DNA of 4,111 nt from IMG/VR virus record IMGVR_UViG_2706794699_000009; one strand, written 5' to 3'. This DNA comes from a virus. Lineage: Duplodnaviria; Heunggongvirae; Uroviricota; Caudoviricetes. Below are positions 1 through 4,111 of this stretch, one piece after another (within the stretch, counting starts at the first letter, position 1; every line of letters starts with the position of its first letter). The notes below the pieces were generated by a model. It had not been told where the DNA came from, searched no databases, and was given only the letters and a program-made list of their open reading frames with translations. A program made the position numbers and the translations under genes.

Positions 1-67
1 CAATCGTCAGCGTCGTCACTCTCGTCTGGGGAATATCTCCCCGGCAGCCTTCAGGGAAAAATATCAT
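1..67 (-). CDS. Possible 5' end of an unidentified ORF running off the left edge (ATG at 65-67), or the out-of-frame continuation of the 79-474 ORF
   Basis: Minus-strand frame is open from the ATG at 65-67 to the window edge (MIFFPEGCRGDIPQTRVTTLTI...). No obvious Shine-Dalgarno. The same frame would be reached from the 79-474 ORF if the A7 run at 81-87 had one more base. Too short to judge. Confidence 0.2.
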   Translation of the reverse strand, partial: MIFFPEGCRGDIPQTRVTTLTI

Positions 68-78
68 CAGATGGCTGC

Positions 79-432
79 TTAAAAAAAGAACAAATGGTAG
101 TGTCCGCTATTGCCAGTACACCTCAATTGCTCTGCGGCTTCGCTCAGAGCTGGCGTATGTTCCCGGCCTACTGATTCACACAGGTAATCAACGAAACCGG
201 ACACCAGTTTTCGTTCGCGAGGCGTGATCGCCCCACCGACCGGAGTCCAGTAATCGAAACCCAGTTGCAGGAGTTTGAAAAAACGCTTGTGGAATGCGTA
301 GTTACACACACGCTTAAAGTCTGCGTGTATCCACTCACCTATTTTGATTTGATGCAGAAAATCGCAACTCTCCGGCGTCGCCGGGAGAAGTAATCCGGAA
401 GAGGTTTGTTTGACCAGTTGTATATGTGCCAT
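79..432 (-). CDS. Hypothetical small phage protein (nin-region-like), family not recognised
   Basis: Minus-strand ORF with stop at 79-81. ATG at 430-432 is preceded by GGAG at about 7 nt spacing (CCGGAGAAAGCCGATG). The ORF track extends it to a TTG at 472-474 that overlaps the upstream stop (TTGA); I prefer the ATG. The ORF ends in a T7 homopolymer on the minus strand. Confidence 0.55.
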   Translation of the reverse strand: MAHIQLVKQTSSGLLLPATPESCDFLHQIKIGEWIHADFKRVCNYAFHKRFFKLLQLGFDYWTPVGGAITPRERKLVSGFVDYLCESVGREHTPALSEAAEQLRCTGNSGHYHLFFF

Positions 433-470
433 CGGCTTTCTCCGGTGGCACGGTGTTACACAGCAGGAGT

Positions 471-758
471 TCAATCCTGCTCAAGATTGTAGATGAGTTT
501 ATTCTTCAGCAAAAGCAGAAAACCAGCCTTAAAACCAATCTCTTTCAAAACCCGTAATGATGTGACAAATTCGTCCTCACGCAAAATAAAACCGTCCGTC
601 AGAAGTCCATTACAAAAATAAAATAACACAGCACCGCTCTTCCTTTGTTGAGATTGCAAACATCTAATGCGGCAATGGCTGACAATCGCTCCATTCTCAA
701 CGCGCACAGCATAGAGGCCATTTTCACTAAAAATTTCACGCAATTCTTCGATTTTCAT
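471..758 (-). CDS. Hypothetical small phage protein, 95 aa, family not recognised
   Basis: ATG at 756-758 preceded by GGAAGGA about 8 nt upstream. Lies downstream of a candidate promoter and immediately upstream of the 79-432 ORF, forming a two-gene cassette. Confidence 0.6.
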   Translation of the reverse strand: MKIEELREIFSENGLYAVRVENGAIVSHCRIRCLQSQQRKSGAVLFYFCNGLLTDGFILREDEFVTSLRVLKEIGFKAGFLLLLKNKLIYNLEQD

Positions 759-839
759 CTTCAGAATCCTTCCAGATAAATAGCTCTCCCCTGTTCGGGG
801 TCCATCCCTCTTCTCCCTGCGCGCTACTTAAGTGAGTCG

Positions 840-867
840 ATTCTATCTGCGAAGGTGCGCGAATCAA
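840..867 (-). promoter_or_regulatory. Candidate sigma70 promoter for the two-gene cassette 758->79
   Basis: On the minus strand: TTGATT (plus 862-867), 16-nt spacer, TAGAAT (plus 840-845). Sits just downstream of the terminator and about 80 nt upstream of the ATG at 758. Hexamer match only. Confidence 0.35.
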
Positions 868-880
868 ATTCACCGGAAAT

Positions 881-930
881 AAACAACAAAAAACCCGCCG
901 AAACGCTGAGAGATCACAGCGATGGGCGGG
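881..930 (-). terminator. Rho-independent terminator ending the queH-like transcript
   Basis: GC-rich bipartite hairpin: outer stem 894-899 with 925-930 (CCCGCC/GGCGGG), inner stem 904-908 with 917-921 (CGCTG/CAGCG), 8-nt loop. On the minus-strand RNA it is followed directly by UUUUUUGUUGUUU (plus 881-893). The plus-strand side has no U tract, so it is orientation-specific for minus. Confidence 0.7.
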
Positions 931-1032
931 TTAAGTGCGGGTGCGTTGAGGATGCCTGACACATCAGAGGTGGGCGGGGATGGGATCAGCTCCCCGCCCG
1001 GTCACTCTTACTTCCTGGATTCGTAGTCTACG

Positions 1033-1053
1033 NNNNNNNNNNNNNNNNNNNNN
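1033..1053. other. Run of 21 N (assembly gap or masked sequence) in the queH-like 3' region
   Basis: Literal n characters at 1033-1053. Confidence 0.95.
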
Positions 1054-1134
1054 TGAAGCAGATAGCCTCAAGCACCCGCAGTCATTCTACTTACCTCGCC
1101 AATATGAAATCAATCAGAAAGGTGCCCCATAAAA

Positions 1135-1821
1135 TCACTCCTTCTCTTCTTTACCGTAGTGGAGTTGACCAATTTTGATAAGAGGGCGTCCCTGAGATTT
1201 GCGGTGTAGATTGGTATCGCGCAGAGAATACACACAGCCACAATATTCCTGCTGATAGAATTTTTCGCGCTTGCTGATTTCAATCATACGGGACGAGCCG
1301 CCCTGCTTGCGCCAGTTATAATCCCAGTACACCATGCCCGGATAATGCGCGACGGCTCGCCGCCCACAGTCGTTAACCTGCTGCATATTTTTCCAGCGTG
1401 AAATGCCCAGTGAACTGCTGATCACACTGAAACCATTTTCAGCGGCGTACAGCGCTGTCCGCTCAAAACGCATGTCAAAACACATGGTGCAACGGATCCC
1501 TCGTTCGGGCTCCCATTCCATTCCTTTGGCTCGTTCAAACCAGTTGTCTGTGTCGTAATCAGCATCAATAAACGGCACGCCGTGTTGTTCAGCAAAGCGA
1601 ATATTCTCATCCTTACGAATTAAATACTCTTTCTGAGGATGAATGTTCGGGTTGTAGAAAAAGATGGTGTAGTCGATTCCCGAGGCCTGAAGCGCCTCCA
1701 TCACCTCACCGGAACATGGAGCACAGCAAGAGTGCAGTAGTAGTTTGTTTGCCCCGTTTGGGAGCTCCAATTTGGGCCGTTTGAAATCAGCAACTGTCAT
1801 AAATATGTTTATTGGGGTCAT
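1135..1821 (-). CDS. queH: QueH-like protein (DUF208 family, epoxyqueuosine reductase-like Fe-S enzyme)
   Basis: 228-aa ORF with the N-terminal [11 protein letters not shown] motif I recognise as the DUF208/QueH signature, plus further Cys at 111, 114 (CTMC), 152 and 194/196 (CGC). Start is ambiguous between the ATG at 1819-1821 and the ATG at 1798-1800; neither has a strong SD. Call rests on motif recollection, not a search. Confidence 0.65.
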   Translation of the reverse strand: MTPINIFMTVADFKRPKLELPNGANKLLLHSCCAPCSGEVMEALQASGIDYTIFFYNPNIHPQKEYLIRKDENIRFAEQHGVPFIDADYDTDNWFERAKGMEWEPERGIRCTMCFDMRFERTALYAAENGFSVISSSLGISRWKNMQQVNDCGRRAVAHYPGMVYWDYNWRKQGGSSRMIEISKREKFYQQEYCGCVYSLRDTNLHRKSQGRPLIKIGQLHYGKEEKE

Positions 1822-1968
1822 AAAAATATCAAAGAGTGTAGCATTAGAACGGGGCTATCGGAAACAGATGTGTGACTGCTCCCCGCCCTTTCGGGTGGTC
1901 TCCTGATGATTTGAGGGTGCAGAAATCCCTCCGGTTAAGGATTAAATTTTTAACAGTGCTAAATTTAA

Positions 1969-2382
1969 TTATTCAGTTCTGGATTTTGTCGCCCTGCGTA
2001 TCCGCGCTTTCGCGTTACGCTCAATCTGTATCAGCTTTTCTATATTTCTCCGCCTTTCCTGTTCCTCCTGGCGCAATAGCCTTACATCATCTGCCAGTCT
2101 GGTTTCTCTTTTTGCCACAGAGAGCATCCAGTCAAACGGCTCCACAACCGCACCGCAGATTTTACAGCGGACCTGACGCTCTTTTTCGTCAACCCGTACA
2201 GAGGCGTGATGGCAATATGGTCTTTCCGATGGCTCATAAAGAAAATTAACCTGATTACGAGGGTCATCCTCTTTTACCGGAAATAAAACGATATTGCTTA
2301 ACTCATCTTCTGGTTTTATTTCCATGCTCCTCTCCTTTGATGCGAATGCCAGCGGTAATTGAAGCCTGATAGCTAATTTCAT
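1969..2382 (-). CDS. Small hypothetical phage protein with a Cys/His cluster and a basic, coiled-coil-like C-terminus
   Basis: ORF with stop at 1969-1971. Two candidate starts: the ATG at 2380-2382 directly abutting the upstream TGA (TGAATG), or the internal ATG at 2323-2325 preceded by AAGGAGAGGAG (118-aa product). Contains C38-H39-H40 and C54-x-x-C57 (numbered from the internal start) and an R/E/K-rich tail. Confidence 0.6.
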   Translation of the reverse strand: MKLAIRLQLPLAFASKERSMEIKPEDELSNIVLFPVKEDDPRNQVNFLYEPSERPYCHHASVRVDEKERQVRCKICGAVVEPFDWMLSVAKRETRLADDVRLLRQEEQERRRNIEKLIQIERNAKARIRRATKSRTE

Positions 2383-2805
2383 TCACAGTATCGCCTCCTG
2401 AAAATTACCCTGATAGAAAGCCAGTACACGCTGCATAGCTTCGCTCTTCCGGCACTCGCGACAGATTATATTCAGGCGCCTGTCGTAGCGGCGTATTTCT
2501 CCGTCAGGTAATGACCAGATAAGGTCCGGATCAACAACAACCGGTTTCCTCACCTTTACTCTCGAGAGTTTTTTGCGGGCGCTTTGCCAGTCCTTGCGAG
2601 CCTGTTCAGACGGGAATAAGCCGTAGCCAGAATTATATACATCACCACTTGCGACCAGTTCTATGCATAAGCGACCGACAGACGCACGACTGATACCTGT
2701 TTCATCTGACAACTGCCGAATCGTGACCCGACCGTCCTGATGCACGAGTTCCACAATTCGCGTCTTCAGTTCTTCCCGCTGTTCGGGAGTAAAAGGTTTC
2801 GCCAT
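2383..2805 (-). CDS. ren: Ren-like protein (lambda ren family C-terminal motif) with an N-terminal DeoR-type winged-helix-like region
   Basis: ATG at 2803-2805 preceded by AGGAGGA. C-terminal CRECRKSEAMQRVLAFY closely resembles the lambda Ren C-terminus as I recall it (KECRQSAAMKRVLAVY). Position directly after the replication genes matches lambda O-P-ren order. Functional call from recollection. Confidence 0.6.
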   Translation of the reverse strand: MAKPFTPEQREELKTRIVELVHQDGRVTIRQLSDETGISRASVGRLCIELVASGDVYNSGYGLFPSEQARKDWQSARKKLSRVKVRKPVVVDPDLIWSLPDGEIRRYDRRLNIICRECRKSEAMQRVLAFYQGNFQEAIL

Positions 2806-2819
2806 AAATCCTCCTGAAA

Positions 2820-3323
2820 CTACTTAACAACCCTCGAATGGCTAACATTCGGACGCCAGCTCTCCCAGTTAAAATTCACCCAGCGCCCGCCGTTCATGAN
2901 NNNNNNNNNNNNNNNNNNNNNNNNNNNNNNNNNNNNNNNNNNNNNNNNNNNNNNNNNNNNGATAGCTGCCGCTAAGTGATTCTTCCCGGTACCAGGTTTT
3001 CCGCTGAACGCAAAATTTGTACACCCGGTCATCAGTTCATCGGCGATGGATTTCGCCTGGCTTAACGCGTATCGCTGGCCGTCGTTCTGCACCTGGTAAT
3101 TCGCAAACGAGCATTTACGGTGCAACGGCTGGATGCCTGAGCGATTCAGAATTTTTTCCACCCGCAACTGGCGATTCAGGCGGTTGATCTCCTCGCTACG
3201 TTTCTGGCCTTCAGCAAGTTGCCACTCGCGCCACTCCGCTACCGTTCTGAATGGGGCGGTTACATGTGGCGGGGTCAGTCGGCGGATGCGTTCCAGAACG
3301 CCGCCTGTCGCAATATTTTTCAT
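2820..3323 (-). CDS. dnaC: DnaC-like helicase loader (AAA+ ATPase), coding sequence interrupted by an N run
   Basis: ATG at 3321-3323. N-terminal 121 aa align with E. coli DnaC as recalled, including Walker A FSGKPGTGKNHLAAAI. After the N run the frame resumes with WVNFNWESWR, matching the DnaC C-terminus (WVIFNWDSYR). About 100 residues between these are absent. Confidence 0.85.
   Translation of the reverse strand: MKNIATGGVLERIRRLTPPHVTAPFRTVAEWREWQLAEGQKRSEEINRLNRQLRVEKILNRSGIQPLHRKCSFANYQVQNDGQRYALSQAKSIADELMTGCTNFAFSGKPGTGKNHLAAAIXXXXXXXXXXXXXXXXXXXXXMNGGRWVNFNWESWRPNVSHSRVVK
2900..2960. other. Run of 61 N inside the dnaC-like gene (gap, not length-preserving)
   Basis: Literal n characters at 2900-2960. 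Flanking translations correspond to DnaC residues roughly 118 and 223, so about 300 bp of real sequence is represented by 61 N. Confidence 0.9.
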
Positions 3324-3329
3324 GGTCCG

Positions 3330-4032
3330 TTACCCCCTGAAGCCTGGCGGGATCGCACTGTCCGGCAACGAGACGGTGTTAACCTGTCGGAGCAACGTCT
3401 CAGGCCGAACACCTTTCGGCGCGAACAGGCCCTGGTATTCATTGGCGATGCTGTGTCGAATCACCTGCTCAGGTGTAAAACCCTGCTGACGGAATTTTTC
3501 CAGTTCCCGTATCGCCCCGTTAGCGCCCTGCTCCGTTCGAATCGGTTTTCGCAATGCCTGTCTGAACCGGACCCACTCATGCCAGAGTGTTTCCGGCAAC
3601 CAATCGGGCAGCTCAATAGCCTCCGGCTCGAATTTTTTAGACGCTCGTTTTTGGCGAGGGGGAGATCAGTATTTAGATCTTCCTCTTCCTCTTCCTCTGG
3701 TAACGCTTTTTGATCCGTTTGTGTAACGCTGGCAGCGTTACCTTTTCGTTTCAGTTCGCGTATTTTTGTTACTCGCTCGTTTGTAACCGCCCGTTTTTTT
3801 TAGAGCTTTTTCCGTTATGACGTTCAAAGTTAGGTAGAGAAAGCCCTCCGTCATTTTCGACCAGCCATCCAACCTGAATTAACGCATCAGCAAAACCAGA
3901 CATAAAAGTGATGCGATCTATTGCACTTTTTGTAACGCCGCGAGCGTTACAATCTGCATTACCGTCTATCATTTGTTGATCCGCCCATGCCCAGAAGCGA
4001 ATAACCTGAGGTAGCCTGAGTTTAACGGACAC
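3330..4032 (-). pseudogene. Phage replication protein with a DnaT-like C-terminal domain, broken by two single-base frame breaks; 5' end lies in or against the IS end
   Basis: Three minus-strand segments in different frames: 4032->3769 (N-terminal 87 aa, GTG start), about 3801->3662 (KKRAVTNERV...PEEEEEEDLNTDLP) and 3665->3330 (SPPRQKRASKKFEPEAIELPDWLPETLWHEW...VNTVSLPDSAIPPGFRG). The last segment matches the E. coli DnaT C-terminus as recalled (YPDWQPD...VNTVSEPDSQIPPGFRG). Frames join if the T8 run at 3794-3801 and the G5 run at 3658-3662 each gain one base. Stop at 3330-3332 lies 6 nt before the dnaC-like ATG. Confidence 0.65.
3679..3698. repeat. Hexanucleotide tandem repeat (TCCTCT)x3 encoding a poly-Glu stretch in the replication protein
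   Basis: Plus strand cttcctcttcctcttcctct; on the minus strand this is GAG GAA x3, giving EEEEEE in the middle frame segment. Confidence 0.8.
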
Positions 4033-4111
4033 TCCTTCCTGAAATAGAATGGCATCAGAAGGAGCTAATAATGAGCAGAAAAACCCAACGTTACTCTAAA
4101 GAGTTCAAAGC
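4007..4111 (+). mobile_element. Left end of an IS3-family insertion sequence (IS600-like), running off the right edge
   Basis: Plus-strand ORF starting at 4071 encodes MSRKTQRYSKEFKA, the typical N-terminus of IS3-family OrfA (HTH transposase subunit). Candidate left terminus TGAGG at 4007-4011, 64 bp upstream of the orfA ATG. The boundary is approximate. Confidence 0.5.
4071..4111 (+). CDS. IS3-family transposase OrfA, N-terminal 13 codons (partial)
   Basis: ATG at 4071-4073 preceded by AAGGAG at 4059-4064 (6-nt spacing). Translation MSRKTQRYSKEFK... continues off the window. Confidence 0.55.
   Translation, partial: MSRKTQRYSKEFK

Noticed and set aside
972-999. GC-rich hairpin as a second intrinsic terminator
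   Set aside because: No U tract follows on either strand, so it does not meet terminator criteria; kept only as a structural observation.
1010-1032. tRNA-like CGAATCC on the minus strand beside the N run
   Set aside because: The motif lacks the near-invariant T54-Psi55 context (TTCGAAT), and no acceptor or anticodon stem can be built from the visible flanks.
1422-1610. Minus-strand 62-aa ORF inside the queH-like gene
   Set aside because: Alternative frame fully nested in a better-supported CDS.
1883-1898. Hairpin CCGCCC-TTTC-GGGTGG as a terminator between the small Cys/His gene and the queH-like gene
   Set aside because: No adjacent U tract, and on the coding (minus) strand the stem carries an A-C mismatch; at most a leader structure.
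1872-2249. Plus-strand 125-aa ORF
   Set aside because: Antisense to the small Cys/His gene and the queH-like leader; no start context; best explained as a shadow ORF of the minus-strand genes.
2082-2267. Minus-strand 61-aa ORF
   Set aside because: Alternative frame nested inside the 1969-2382 gene.
3133-3713. Plus-strand ORFs 3133-3489 and 3219-3713
   Set aside because: They lie antisense to the dnaC-like and DnaT-like genes, which have clear homology support; Ser/Arg-rich low-complexity translations typical of shadow frames.
1-4111. CRISPR array or other long tandem repeat
   Set aside because: No periodically spaced direct repeats; the only tandem repeat is the 18-bp hexanucleotide tract at 3681-3698.

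Overview
This 4.1-kb window reads as the early-right segment (replication, then ren, then nin-like genes) of a lambdoid enterobacterial prophage, with every supported gene on the minus strand. From right to left: the left end of an IS3-family insertion sequence (orfA start on the plus strand) abutting or capping a DnaT-domain replication gene that is broken by two single-base homopolymer frame breaks; a DnaC-like helicase-loader gene interrupted by a 61-nt N run that replaces roughly 100 codons; a lambda Ren-like gene; a small Cys/His-containing protein; a QueH-like (DUF208) Fe-S enzyme gene; a strong intrinsic terminator; then a separate two-gene cassette of small unknown proteins. No rRNA, tRNA or CRISPR array is supportable. 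The most interesting candidate is the QueH-like gene as a prophage cargo gene, possibly with the two genes upstream of it. The region shows either genuine prophage decay or draft-assembly artefacts (two N runs, three homopolymer-associated frame breaks), and I cannot distinguish these from sequence alone. All homology statements come from reading the translations and recalling reference proteins (E. coli DnaC and DnaT, lambda Ren, IS3-family OrfA); no database search was run.
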